From Octopus bimaculoides (Eukaryota), in assembly GCF_001194135.2 (NCBI RefSeq), contig NC_068983.1:65385776-65449775 (forward strand): 64,000 bases of DNA. The letters run 5' to 3'. Position 1 is the first letter of the stretch. Each line of letters opens with the position of its first letter. Positions 41,007 to 55,152 of this stretch are shown here, piece after piece. A program made the position numbers and the translations under genes. The notes beneath the pieces were generated by a model. The model was given only the letters and a program-made list of their open reading frames with translations, did not search any database and was not told the origin of the DNA.

Positions 41007-41789
41007 CTATTTAGTGTTTTCTGTAAAGTGACTCCAAGGAATATTTGATACTAGATGCAATGCTACAAATCTTATTCATATAGTATATGTTATATAGGAT
41101 ACATATTATGAACGAAATATATCACATACAAGCCGTCGTCTATAATACAACATTGCAAAAAAAAATGTCTTCAAAGTTTACAGCACTGAAATGTCTAGAC
41201 ATTCATCACATAGACTTATGTACATTCATAAAAAAAACTAAGTAGTAGATAAATTAATATAGGACATCTCATACCCTAAAACCAAGGATAAAAATGTTGT
41301 AATAATACGTATTATTTTAGAAACAGATATTTCATTGTTTCTGAAGATTTTTTAAAAATATATTTTCTGTTACATAAATAATGTTATTGCTTATTATATT
41401 GCACGTTTTGATAATTTTTCTTTCAGAAGTGACACGCGCTGATAAGCTACAATATATTACAATTGTATTTGTAAAGATCATAACACATGGTCGAGTCGTC
41501 GGCGACTAAACTGGCAACTCCACCGGACTTGTTTGGTGAGGTGGGTGCTTGTTGAATACCCTGTGGGACAAAAAGTAACAGCTATCAAATGTTGGAGGAG
41601 CTACAAAGTAGTCAATGGCCATACAACTAAGTGTGTTTGTGGAGTGTTTGTGTGTGTATTGTATATATTGCATTTTAAGCTGTGTATGTATGGTAAATAC
41701 TGTATTTCAGCATGTGTATGTACATTAATTTTTATCCCAATTTTTAATTTGTATTTATTTCTCTTATTTTAATTTTTTTTCTAATAGTA

Positions 41790-44700
41790 GAGGGGTGGAT
41801 AGAGCTCCTCTGTTTACCCAAGCCATGGAGAAGGCAGTCTATCTAGGAGAAAGTAACTCTAAATTAGCCTTTGGTTAGGCAAAGACTGGGAGAAGGACAC
41901 TGATATAAAACTTGTGACTGCAAATGCACCCAATGATGTCACCTTGCTCTTCTATTTGGATCATACTTTCTACTTTAGAGAGCGGGGATGCTTGCTGTGC
42001 AAAACTTTTCCTCAGTTTAAAAAGTGTCAAGCACAGGTATTGCTGGAGAGGAAAAAGAAATGGACATTTTGTATGTACATGGCTGGCTGAAGCTTAAAAA
42101 GGCAAACTANNNNNNNNNNCATGGCTGGCTGAAGCTTAAAAAGGCAAACTAAACAATGGAAGTTCATATCGATAATGAAGTAAATGACAAAAAGGACTCT
42201 GAAACATTTTGTTCTGTGGTCTGGCCCAGCAGGTGTCTCAAGACACGACAGCCTGGATCCGGTCGTTATCCTGCAACTGGGAGAAAATTCAAGTTCAGAT
42301 GCAAACCTATGAATATAGGATGTTGGAATGTTCGAATGTTATTAGATCGTCTGAAATCTCGTCCAGAGAGAAGATCCACGCTTGTTGCAAAAGAGTTACA
42401 GCAATATCATATGGATGTTGTAACGTTAGCCGAAAGAAGAATTCATCGAAAAGGGGATTTCGTTGAGAAATCTGCTGGATAGCATTTCTTTTGTAGCGGT
42501 AGAGAGGAGACCTACAAGGGAGAATCAGGAGTGGGATTTGCAGTCAAAACCACTCTCGCTTCAAAACTTAAGGAACTATTATGTGCTCATTCGGATCGTT
42601 TAATGTTTTTAAGGCTGCCATTAAGAAAAGGTCGCTATGCAACACTCATAAGTGCATATGCTCCAACTATGAATTCATCAGAGGATGATAAACTTGCCTT
42701 CTATCTATCACTTTTAGAGATTATACACAATATCCCCCATGAGGAAATAGTTGTCATTTTGAGTGATTTTAATGCTCGTGTTGGTGCAGATTGAGAGACT
42801 CGGGGTGTCCTAGGAAAGCGTAGGATTAGGAGTTACAACAGTAATGCTTTGCTATTGTTACAAATGTGTGTTGAAATGGATTTGTGTGTCATGAATACAA
42901 TGTTCGACTAAAGAAGTATAAACCGACATGGATTCACCCTGGTTCTAAGAAATGGCAAATTATAGTTTACATCCTCACTAGTAAACGAGATACTAAGGAC
43001 TTTGCTATTGTACAAGTGATGCGTGGTGCAGTGTGCTGGACTGATCATAGGCTTTTGAGTACCAAGGTGAATTTTGTTGTCAGGCCTAAGGTTAGAGCAA
43101 ATAATGTTAAATTACCTAAACGGATTGATGTGAATAAACTTAAGATTCGTTCAGTACGCAGTGAGTTTGTGAGTGAGATAAATAATTTATCCTGTGATGG
43201 AAGCTAGAAGTCATTCAAAGAAAGAGTGTAGGAGATTTGTAGTAACATTCGTGGCTTTGTTGTAAAATCATCAAGATTGGTTTGACGATAATGTTGAAGT
43301 TAATTTTATCTTTGAGGACAAGCGAAAGACATCTAACATGTTACAAAATGTTCACATGTCAACGAGCAGGACAGTGGCTACATATTTCAAGGCTGTAAAA
43401 GAAACAGCGCAGAGGAAACTACGGATGATGCAGGAAAATTGGTGGAGTGATAGATGCGATGAAATCCACGAAGCTTCAAATGCTAACAACTCCAAACATT
43501 TTTTTACTCTCTCTTGAAAAAAGTTTATGGACCAATTTCATCAATGGTTGCACCACTTCGGAGCAAGGATGGCACAGAATTATCAACAAATCCTAAAGAT
43601 ATTGTTGGGAGATGGAAAATACATTTTGATGAGTTGCTCAATTGACCCACAGAAGTTTACCTCTCTTTTCTTGATAATATACTCGGGAGACCAATAAAAC
43701 ATCTTATACCAGAAGTTCCAAACCTAGCTGAAATAGACGCAGCAATTAGGAAATTCAACAATGGAAAGGCTCCTGGCATGGATGGACTAGGAGCAGAGAT
43801 ATATAAATATGCTGGTGATTATCTTTGTGCAATGTTAATGGATGTAATTCAGAGGGTTTGGCAAAGTGAAGAGGTTCCTCCGGATTGACGTGATGCAACT
43901 ATGGAGATGCTATATAACTCTAAAGTTGAAAAGGATGTCTGTGATAATAATCGCAGCATCTGTCTGTTAGCTGCTGGTGGAAAGGTCCTCTGGAAGGTAA
44001 TGCTGGATAGATTACTTATGCACATTGCTGATGATGTTCTACGAGAATCGCAATGTGGATATGATATTTTCGGCTAGACAGTTACAAGAAAGTGCATCGA
44101 ACAAGATATGGACTTATACCAGGTTCTCATTGATCTAACAAAAGCGTTTGATTCTATCAATAGAATTGTCAGTTTGGGAGATCCTAAAAAAGCTAGGATA
44201 CCCTGAAAAAATTGTGAGAATGCTTAGACAATATCAGGACAAGGTGGAAGTTAAAGGTAATGAATGTTGAGGTACCTTATCAGATCCAATTTCCGTAGAA
44301 AATTGTGTAAAGCAAGGTAGTATTCTTGCTCCTACACTGTTTGCTATATATTTCACAATAGACTTTCAAATAGCTTTTAAAGATTGTCCTGAAGATATAA
44401 GACAACAGGAAAACTGTTCAGTCTCAGAAGACGCTGTGCCAAAACGAAAGTTCTGAATTCTCACCCAGTTCAGTTTCTGTATGCACATTCTCCGAATGAT
44501 ATGCAGCACATGGTGAATGCGATTTCTGCAGCAGGTGCAGCATTGGGTCTGACAATCAATCTAAAACAAAGCTGTAATAATGTACCAGCCAGCTCCCTCC
44601 AAGATGCATGTGGAAACTTTTATAACTGTGAATGGTCAAAGGTTGGAGACTGTACCTAGATTTACTTATTTTGGAAGTACCTTGAGCACTGCTGTTCTTG

Positions 44701-45555
44701 ATGATGAAATTTCATAGAGAATCGGCAGGGCTAGTAATGCTTTTGGTAGACTTGATAGGCATCTGTGGAAACAGCATAATATATCTTCACAAATTAAAGT
44801 TAAGGTATATAACACATGCCCCTTCCCATTTTGCTATATGGAAGTGAGGCAAGGGTTGTTTACCGTAGGCAGGTATTGCAATTGGAACGATTTCATCAAT
44901 ACTGACTGAGAAAAATTTTGGAATAAACTGGAAAATGGCCATTGGTAATGTGGAAGTGTTTCAGAGGAGTGGCAGTAGAAGGAAAGAGTTAATGATTTTG
45001 CAAAGACGTCTGAGGTGGGGGACATTTGATAAGGTTGAGTGATGAGCGACTGCCCAAGAAGCTATTGGATGGTGAGCTGGACGATGTCAGGAGGCAAGGG
45101 CATAAGCCTAAACTAAGGAGTGGAAGGCACAAGACCGTGATGGATGGAGGAAGATATTGCATGATGGTTGTTCAAGGTTTGAGAGGAAGACAGTGAAGTA
45201 TAAGAGAATTAGAAGGGGGAACCTGTGGAAAGTGAGAGGGTGTTGTTTTTTAAGTGTGTGGTTTGAGGGCGGAAGTGTTTAAGTCGTGCAGGTCTGGTGA
45301 ACATTAAAGATTCTCATAGAAATCACCCCATGATAAACAATGATGTGGCTATTAAGATTCATAACAACGTGTGTAAAATGTTGAAGGGTGTGCCTCACAG
45401 TTGGAGGTCTAAAAATACATGTTAAGAGAGTGCATATGGTTTCTCCTGCCAACAAGCAGAGTTGTCTAGTATGTAATAAAATGTGTAAAATTTGGCCGGG
45501 CTTAAATGTCATTTAAAGACATCACATGGCAACAATCATGAATCATTTCAGTAAG
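41790..45555 (+). mobile_element. Near full-length decayed RTE-clade LINE (APE + RT + C-terminal zinc fingers)
   Basis: MNIGCWNVRMLLDR..RPERRSTLVAKEL, ISAYAPT, SDFNARVG (APE); NGKAPGMDG, ESQCG, IDLTKAFDS, KQGSILAPTLF (RT); many stops and frameshifts. The 5' boundary is approximate. Confidence 0.93.
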
Positions 45556-47035
45556 TTTTCTAGGCAATGGCTTTTCTAGTATAACGAAGATGCAGCTGTG
45601 ATATATATATATATATATATATATATANNNNNNNNNNNNNNNNNNNNNNNNNNNNNNNNNNNNNNNNNNNNNNNNNNNNNNNNNNNNNNNNNNNNNNNNN
45701 NNNNNNNNNNNNNNNNNNNNNNNNNNNNNNNNNNNNNNNNNNNNNNNNNNNNNNNNNNNNNNNNNNNNNNNNNNNNNNNNNNNNNNNNNNNNNNNNNNNN
45801 NATATATATATATATATATACATACATACATAGATGAGGAATGCAGAAGTATGGTGGGTATTTAAAGATAATCTTCCAAAGTCATTTTATGTAAATATGT
45901 TTGATATTAAATATACTTATAGTTAATGAAAGTAAAGAGCGGCCTAGCAATTTTAAATTGCCTCTTACATATTAACACAGTCACTTTCGTATCCTGATAT
46001 ATAGTTGTGGTATTAATGATTTTTCTTCCATACCACCTAGTTCCGAGCTGGAATTCAATGCGAAAACAAATTGTGCGTGTATACTCTACAATCATATTTC
46101 GCTATCTGATACACTGTAGATGGTACTAGATAGATGTGAACTGAGGCAAGTCCAGTGGTATACATACAATCGTGTGTATGCGTGTGTGCGTGCGTGAGTG
46201 TGTTTTAGTAAGTTTGTAAGAAATATGCCACTAAAAATTAGCAAATTTATAAAACATCACAATAAAATATGTGCATTTCTTCTACAAATGCTTATCTGTA
46301 TTTACTGTTTATTATTCTGTTACTCTTCCATATAAAGGTATATGTACTTACATGTCAATACGGTTTCTGCTGTTTTGGTCTTTTGGTGGACTGATCTAGG
46401 ATTGAACCAATAACATGCAATTCAGATCACATGAAACTATCGCCTAATGAAAACTGCGCACTCTGCATAAACGCTGTTTATGGTCCATACATTTTTGAGG
46501 GTGTGTTTTCAGATGATGTTCACAAATAATTAATTAATTAAACGGAATTTTCTTCTTGGTGTCTCAAGAGATATGAAGTTGAAAAAACAACAAGTCAACA
46601 ATTAATTTACACAGTGATGGACATATTTATATTTGTTACTGATCAAGATGATATGAACTTCGGATTTATTGTTTCCTGTAGGAAGATCTAGCTTTGGAAT
46701 CTTCACATTAATCGTATTATCTGATTTCATTATCTATAAATTTATACTTCTTGAATATTGCCATGTTTTCTTTTTCTTTCTTTTTGTTTTTCGCAAGAAT
46801 ATAATAAAGATTTTTTTTAAGGCGTCTCATTTCACTGTTTTACACAGATAAACACTGTTGTTCTCCATTTGTTGACCGGATCACTTAACTTACACTTTCA
46901 CACGTGAAATATATAACAGTACACGAATCCCGTACAAAATATTTCATATAAAGTGCATATTGCTACATGAAATGTATCGACTGTGATGTAGCATTTCATT
47001 AAATCATTTTTCATTTCGAATGCCGAGTTCAGTAC

Positions 47036-47272
47036 ATCTTATTTCTTTATTGTCCACAAGAGGCTAAACATAGAGGGGACGAACAAGGACAGACAAAGGG
47101 ATTAAGTCGATTACATCGACTCCAATGCGTAACTGGTACTTAATTTATCGACCCGGAAAGGATGAAACGCAAAGTCGACCTCAGCGGAATTTGAACTCAG
47201 AACGTAACGGCAGATGAAATACCGCTGAGCATTTCGCCCGGTGTGCTAACGTTTCTGCCAGCTCGCCGCCTT
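47036..47272 (-). mobile_element. SINE family B, full length
   Basis: rc head aaggcggcgagctggcagaaacgttagcac...gagttcaaattcc (A and B boxes), plus gggtcgataaattaagtaccag core. Confidence 0.92.
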
Positions 47273-47904
47273 GCCAGTTCACTACATCTATAGTGCACCA
47301 CCTAACGCTGGGTACAGTAATCGCACAGACACATGCAGAGAAATGGTATATAAGAGGGAAAGACACTTGTGTACATTCCCTTTGAAGGTATGAAGTGGTT
47401 GAAGAATGCACAGTTATGAGGTGACAGTGTTTTTTGAATATTAGCTTTTATGGTCTACTAATAGTGCATGTGTTTCAAGGTAGCAGAATTCTGTTAAACT
47501 ACAACAATACATAAGTGTACATGTTTGTGTGTCATCGACTTACTGTCAGTACGTCGCTACTGATATAGTTTTCTCAATTTGGTAATATCTGAACTGCTTC
47601 TCCTAAATTACTACAAAGACTTTCGATAATTTTCAAACTATACGGATTCCAATATCCGCATTTTTCTCCTAAATTACAACAAATATAAGATAAATATGAA
47701 GAAAGTAATTTCTTCAGATGTAAAACTCAACCTAAAGACTGGAAATACTATCCTATTACACTAAATCCAACGAACAAACGAAACTCTATTACTACTACAA
47801 CTGCCATCATCACCACTACTATTATATACTTATATACATACTTATGTGTGTGTGAGCGTGCGTATGTGTGTGCGCGCGTGCATGTATATGTATATGCACG
47901 TAGA

Positions 47905-48012
47905 TAAGATAGACAGACAGACAGACAGAAAGACAGATTGATAGACAGACAGACAAACAGACACACAGACACACAGACACACACAGACAGACAGACAGAC
48001 AAACAGATAGAC

Positions 48013-48051
<39 letters not shown>
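47905..48051. repeat. (AGAC)n/(AGAT)n
   Basis: Direct. Confidence 0.95.
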
Positions 48052-48054
<3 letters not shown>

Positions 48055-48055
48055 A

Positions 48056-48200
48056 ACGGTATGGCTATGGGATAAGAAGTTTACCTTCAGCCACACACGG
48101 GTCATGGTTCAGTCCCACTACGTGGCATCCAAGGCAAATGCCTTCTACTGTAGCTCCTGGCCGATCATAGATCTGATAGAATCCCATCGTATATATGTTC
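48056..48200 (+). mobile_element. SINE family A head, decayed
   Basis: ggttcagtcccactacgtggcatccaaggcaaatgccttctactgtagc. Confidence 0.75.
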
Positions 48201-49281
48201 ATGTGTATGTAAATTAATTTTGACTTCGGCAGAATCTTGAAAATGAGATACTATTCGTTCTTTTACTATCGTTAATCGACTGTTCTGAGACATTGTAGAA
48301 TGTAATGAAAGAAGGAGGAAACAAATTAGGAACTAAGAACAAAAGTAGGAAAACCAAATTTATGAAAGCGATTCGTTCGATGTTTGAATAACTTTGCTAA
48401 TCCAGCAAATAAATATAAAGTTGAATTATGTATGATACATAACTCATATTATTTTGTAAATGTCTGAGATAATGTGAACAACTATTCCGCAACGGAAATC
48501 GTTTGTTAGAGAACTTAAATATAGGCTGATGGATGGTTTCACTTTAAACCCGTTGGTGAAAGTGATGTATTCCTATACCATATCATCAATCAAGCAAAGG
48601 TTTGCAATACATTTCCTTAATATTTATAATCACCGTCATAGAAGTACACTAAATATCGTTTGATGTATTTCAGTGGCACGTGATTTCAAGGTATTAGCAA
48701 TTTTTTTTAATATTTAAATATAAATATATTAAATTGAGAAACATTAGATATCAACTACTGTCATTTAATTATCTGGAACCAATCGTTGTTTATGACTGAT
48801 TGATATTATGTGAGAACCTGACCTTTCCTTTGTAAACGACATTAGAACATTAATATTCCTTAACAATGCTAATCACGTTTTTCTTCCTACTAATGACATA
48901 ATTAATTTTTTGTAATTATTTAAATGGCGGTGGAACTGAAACCATGAATCTATAGACACAAATTCAAACGACGGTGTTCATAACAGTCATTCATTTAAAA
49001 ATTACTCGAAGTAGATCGATGTAAGAAGAGTATAATGCACAGAATGATTCTGGCTAGTTGAAGCTACATGAAGGAATAAGATATAAAATATATTTACTGT
49101 GAGGCTTGTGGGCTGACAGATATTAAGTGTGATAATATGAACAATATGTGCAGTGCATTGGGACAACCAAGTGTGAGGGAGCATTTGTTTGTTTATTGAA
49201 GAAATTTGAGTAGTAACAGTAAATATCACAGAAAGATGAAACGACGCATATGTTTGTTACTTATAACATTTTTTACACGCT

Positions 49282-49500
49282 AAGGCGGCTAGCTGGTACA
49301 AACGTTAGCACGCCGGGCGAAATTCTTAGATGGTATTTCTTCTGTCTTTACGGTCTGAGTTTAAGTTCCGCCAAGGTCGACTTTTCCTTTCATCTTTTGG
49401 GGGTCGATAAATTAAGTACTAGTTGCGTACTGGCATCGATCTAATCGACTGGCCCCCTCCCCCAAAATTTCGGGCATTGTGCCTAGAGTACAAAAGAATA
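49282..49500 (+). mobile_element. SINE family B, full length
   Basis: aaggcggctagctggtacaaacgttagcacgccgggcg...gggtcgataaattaagtac...gtgcctagagtacaaaagaat. Confidence 0.92.
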
Positions 49501-50329
49501 ATTGAACATGAGCACTTTCTAATTTCCAGATAACATTATAACGAAAATAGAAGCAAAACTGATTTCAAATTTTTGAATAATTCTAAAGAGCATGGTCATT
49601 TGTTCTGAATCAATCTCATAGTTAGAGACAAGTTAATCCCCCTTTGAGTGCACCTCACACCACAAAATATCATTTGTTGACTACCTGCACTTAAATGAAT
49701 TTTGATATGTTGTATTAAGTATAATGTGGTGGATTAGGATACAAAACTAAGAACTTGATACTTTATTCTTTACAGTTTGTAATTTTTTAAAGCAAATCTT
49801 ACGAAATATACGCAAGTTTGTTTTTTTCTTAAATAGTCAAAGCCCCCTAACTTTAGTGGAAGCCATTAATAGTCGAAGCCATGACATTCCCAGAAATGTG
49901 AATAAAAAACAACAGTAGAAATTTCTGCAAGCACATAACCCGGAGATATATCCCCCTGCTGCCTTCTACAGTAATTTTGTATAATAAACATGAAAGACGT
50001 TTACGACAGCCGCGTGTATCTAGTAAATTTGCTTCATGCATTTACGAAAGCAGCGACAACTGAACACATATACACAGATTCTGTAGTGAAGTTTCGGATG
50101 GCAATGCAAGTATTTCCAATGCAACACACAGCCCGAGCTCGAGGCTATTTATACTCTTCAAGTGGATTCTCAAGGAAAATCAGACTTCCATCTAAATGTG
50201 CAGTCTTACATTACACATTCCAATGTATAAATATGCAAAGATTACGTAAATATCACATGGCACAGTTGCGTGTAATAGCGTTAAAAAGAGTGGTACCCAA
50301 ACAGTTGTAGCTGGTGGTCAGTAAAATGC

Positions 50330-50530
50330 TTCTCGTTCTAATTGTTTCAGGCATCTGATAGCGGCCGTTCTAGCACACTGTCTTCGATGGTTTTAGTCGA
50401 AAAATTCGATCCAATGAATCGTTAGACCTAATACTTATTTAAACGTTCTCTTTTGCCGATCACGAAGTTTCGGGGACATAACACACTAACATCGGTTTTA
50501 GAGTGGTGGTGGACAAACACAGACGCAAAG

Positions 50531-50567
<37 letters not shown>

Positions 50568-50582
50568 CACGACGGCCTTCTT

Positions 50583-50590
<8 letters not shown>
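50330..50590 (-). mobile_element. SINE family A tail plus internal microsatellite, running into a gap
   Basis: gtttcaggcatctgatagcggcc...cacgacggccttctttcagttt. Confidence 0.75.
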
Positions 50591-50623
<33 letters not shown>

Positions 50624-51772
50624 NNNNNNNNNNNNNNNNNNNNNNNNNNNNNNNNNNNNNNNNNNNNNNNNNNNNNNNNNNNNNNNNNNNNNNNNNNNNN
50701 NNNNNNNNNNNNNNNNNNNNNNNNNNNNNNNNNNNNNNNNNNNNNNNNNNNNNNNNNNNNNNNNNNNNNNNNNNNNNNNNNNNNNNNNNNNNNNNNNNNN
50801 NNNNNNNNNNNNNNNNNNNNNNNNNNNNNNNNNNNNNNNNNNNNNNNNNNNNNNNNNNNNNNNNNNNNNNNNNNNNNNNNNNNNNNNNNNNNNNNNNNNN
50901 NNNNNNNNNNNNNNNNNNNNNNNNNNNNNNNNNNNNNNNNNNNNNNNNNNNNNNNNNNNNNNNNNNNNNNNNNNNNNNNNNNNNNNNNNNNNNNNNNNNN
51001 NNNNNNNNNNNNNNNNNNNNNNNNNNNNNNNNNNNNNNNNNNNNNNNNNNNNNNNNNNNNNNNNNNNNNNNNNNNNNNNNNNNNNNNNNNNNNNNNNNNN
51101 NNNNNNNNNNNATTTGCAGAGAGCAGAAATTGAAAGAATATATCTGAAATGGACGTGGGTGTGGGTGTATATATGTGTGTGTATGCGTGTGTGTGCGTGC
51201 GTGCGGGCGTGCGGGCGTGCCCATCGTATAAAATATTTACGATAGTTGATTTATGGAAAAGATTATGTTAAATTTTTGAAATGCAAATATGTGAATGAAA
51301 ATTAATTTCAGACAACTACGTGGTAGCTAGACCTGGTAGAAATTGCAGCCAAATCTCCTTCAAAACACCCTACTATCTTAATCCGACAATTCTGCTTATT
51401 ATGTAGTTTGAATGAGAAACTGTAACTAAAGATTAAGATTATTAACTCCACAAAGAGGTGAAAGAAGAGAGAGACAGCATAGCGAAAGCTTAGGCTGACT
51501 GTCATCCTGTACTCCCCTTGTTGCTAGCGAAATGGTATATGCTGGCTGTGTGAGCAACTTGTTTTAATGGCGGAACAAACAGGGGACTTCCATTAGAAAA
51601 GTTTTAATCGATTTTCTCGGTAAGTATGGGGGCTAGGAAAAAGTACAAGCCGCATTCCAATCTATGCACTCGTCTCTACATGTGTGCCATTTTCCACGCG
51701 AACCCACACAGCAGTTGGATGTGAACCTCAAGGCAAGAAAGAATACAACAATCGCCCATGTTCAATTTATAT

Positions 51773-51897
<125 letters not shown>

Positions 51898-51944
51898 CCT
51901 TACGAATGGGTTTGGCAGACGGAAACTAGAAGAAGCCCGTTGTA

Positions 51945-52750
51945 TACAAGGTGCGTAAAGTATTCGAGTACATAATTTTTGTTGGTCATTGCTGTATCTT
52001 TTGCTAACTCTAAAATCTGTTTCAGAAAATAATAGAGACAGACTCTCAGCTTACTCAAGAAATGAAGAGGCATGCACTTTTTGTGGTTGTAAAGGCTGAC
52101 CATAGCGATTTAGAAATATCTTTTGTTTTTTTTTTAAATTTACCAGATCTTTCGTCTACAAAGTATGTAAGGAGCTAGAGAATGAAGATGAAAACGCATC
52201 ACCAGTATCGAAGCATAAAAAGCATTCTTAACGCTCTGAAATCATCAGAACACCTGAATTCATCCAGCAAGTTCAACAGTTCATTAATTACAATCCCAGA
52301 AATTCCATGAGATCAATTGCAAAAGATCTCCATATGTTAGAAGGAACAGTCGGAAATGTTGTCCACGAAGACATCAGATATAAGTCTTATATGATGAAGA
52401 AATGTCAATTTGTAATAAAGAGCAAGACAAAAATCATTACATCAGATCTTAAGCAAACTGAAAAATCCAGCAGAAGATTTGATTTCGTTTTTCTCAGACG
52501 AGAAAAACTTTGACCAAGTTCAAAAAGTTTACAGAAGAAATGACAGATGGTTATGTGCTGACTCTTCTGAAGTTGCAAGTGTTATGCGTACAAAATTTTA
52601 TGTAACTGTCATCGATTTAGGGGTTGTCAGCAATGAAGGACGTGTGATATCTCCTTACATCTTTCCTTAGAGTTATCTCTGCCGCTTACATTGAGGTCCT
52701 GGAAATAATTGTTAAACCCTGAATACGCAGTGTATGCAATGGAAGGTGTG
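51945..52750 (+). mobile_element. Tc1/mariner transposase fragment, maT/DD37D-like
   Basis: MRSIAKDLHMLEGTVGNVVHEDIRYKSY; FFSDEKNFDQVQKVYRRNDRWLC; LGVVSNEG. 3'-truncated by a SINE. Confidence 0.8.
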
Positions 52751-52900
52751 TTTATGTACCTGCATCTTAGCGGTTCGGTGAAAGCAACCTATATAATAAG
52801 TATTATACATACAAAGAATAAATCCTGGGGTGGATTTCTTCGTCTAACGTCCTTTAAGGCGTTGGTCCAGCATACCCGTATTCAAATGACTGAAATAAAT
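52750..52900 (+). mobile_element. SINE family A tail
   Basis: cttagcggttcgg...aagaataaatcctggggtggattt...aaatgactgaaa. Confidence 0.75.
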
Positions 52901-52952
<52 letters not shown>

Positions 52953-52955
<3 letters not shown>

Positions 52956-53118
52956 GACGGGTTGTCCATTAGGTTTCGTCTAACAAATTCATTCAAAAGG
53001 CTGTGGTCGACCTGAGATTATAGCAGAAAAACATGCTCAAGGTAACATATAGTGAGACTGAACCGGAAACCATGAGGTTGGTAAACAAGCTTCTTGACAC
53101 GCAGCCACGCTTGCGACT
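52953..53118 (-). mobile_element. SINE family A head; (TA)n at 52905-52951
   Basis: gactgaaccggaaaccatgaggttggtaaacaagc...gcagccacgcttgcg. Confidence 0.75.
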
Positions 53119-53601
53119 ATATATACATAATATATATGCGTATTTGCGTGTATTTATGCGTACGTATATATAAACACACACACACATATATAGCAAGGGA
53201 TAGCCACGCATATATGCGTGTCTCTTCGTGCGTTTTCGTATAATTAAACTAGAGTTAGTATGTTTAGCGAACGCATCCTTACTCACACCATGAAAATATG
53301 ACATGGAAACAAATAACAACAATCTTGTCAAACACACAAAAATAGCATCCAACTAGTCCCATACTTTTTAATCCACATTTCAAGAAAATCTATTTTCCTT
53401 ATGAAACATATAAACAAACTATTATTGGTGTATAGAAATTTACATAATAATATCCACAACTACATAGTGAAATACCATTCTATGTGATCCTTGAGTAAAT
53501 AGATTTTTTGAAATCATATACTGTATGATTGTACGTTGAGGTCAAAAGCTATTACAGAAATTTAAGAACGTACAGAACCCAATATGATACTACTCGATTC
53601 C

Positions 53602-53660
53602 TTATTGATGTGTCAGTGACGAGGTCGAGATGGACGGCAAATAGTTTGACACTTCAATAA
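53602..53660 (+). ncRNA. Fossil type I hammerhead-like motif
   Basis: TTATTGAtGTGTCA-GTGACGA-GGTC-gagatg-GACG-GCAA-ATAGT-T-TGACACtTCAATAA; long stem I, core substitutions. Confidence 0.5.
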
Positions 53661-54607
53661 TTAGACAAAAATCGTGTTTTTCTTTATGACTTCTTGAAAA
53701 GCTAATTTTTCCCTTCCACATTATAATTACCTCAGTTTCTTGGTGGTCTTTGGATCAAGTTACTTCCTAAACAATTGGAACTGCGAAGCTATGTTCAGGA
53801 ACCAAAAATATAGTCTAGCTGGTTTCATTTTCGCACTTGTTGCGTATAAAAAATCTGGAAAATACATGTTTAATTTTTTTCATTTCTAGCCCTTGAATAC
53901 AGAAGTTGATATTGGTAGTGTTAGCCAACTATTGATGAATATTTGTGTTCGCAAAATATCAAACAAGTTTTTGCGTTAGTGGAAAAAATAAAATATTATT
54001 AACATTTTTTCACCGATTACCAGTTTGCACTGCATGAATCCGCTGTATTTCGGCATTATAGTATGTGGTCGATTATGTCTGGTTTTATTACAGCTGGGGA
54101 TTATAACTTGTCGACTGGGCTTAACGACACATCTCGCACAATCATATCGATTTATAGCATTTGGTCCATATAAACACAATTGATTTTTGTAACCTGACAT
54201 CATAATATTAGTCATGAAAATAATATTCAATAGCATTTAATAACCTCAATTTCAACTAGAACTCATGTTTTTATGAGAGTTTTATAAGCATAAACATATA
54301 TTTGTATTAATCGTAAAAACGCATTCTTCTTTTATTATGTAAGGTATTTACGCACCGATTAGCAAAAGTTTTCATATTCACTTCTAAGTCCGATGACACA
54401 AACAATTTTAATTTAGGTTTCTACTCTTGATACCATTGATATCGTGAAAGTTAATTACCGTTAGAAATATGTTCACGAGAGTAACGTCCGTAATTTTGAA
54501 ACTGTAAATAACTCCATCACAAGACATGTATTCAAATTACTATATCACAGTGTCCTACTTATAGAACTGGAGATCCCGATTATGTTGAGTATGACGACGA
54601 AGCCGCT

Positions 54608-54653
<46 letters not shown>
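54608..54653. repeat. (TAG)n
   Basis: Direct. Confidence 0.95.
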
Positions 54654-54656
<3 letters not shown>

Positions 54657-55117
54657 CAGCAACAGCATCAGTAATGCCAATACAACCACTGTTTCTCTCA
54701 GTATTGAATGGAATGCCGGAAAGTCGTGATGATGGAAATCAAATGCACAATTCTAAGCGACAAAACTGACAAATTTTACGTTATCTGAGGTATCATTCCG
54801 TACACAACTCCCATGGAGAATTAGATTCTGCAACTCAGGTTAATTTCAAACAAATTCCGTGGACATTAAGCATGAAGGAAATTGTTTTATTTCAACTATT
54901 AACTTCATCTTTCCTGTTTTCATTTATTTTTCATGGCTCATCTATTAAATTATATGAATACCACTTGGAGACATAAATGTTTATTAAAAGCTATTAAATG
55001 GACGTCTCTATATTAAAAAGCGATAATTTCATCTTAAGTGGGAATATGACGCATTCCGATAGAGTTGTATTTTTACACACACATGAATATATAGAGAATC
55101 ACGCATGCACGCAAAAC

Positions 55118-55152
<35 letters not shown>

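Noticed and set aside
42079-42151. Direct duplication catggctggctgaagcttaaaaaggcaaacta on both sides of a 10-N gap
   Set aside because: Typical unmerged contig overlap (assembly artefact), not a biological repeat.
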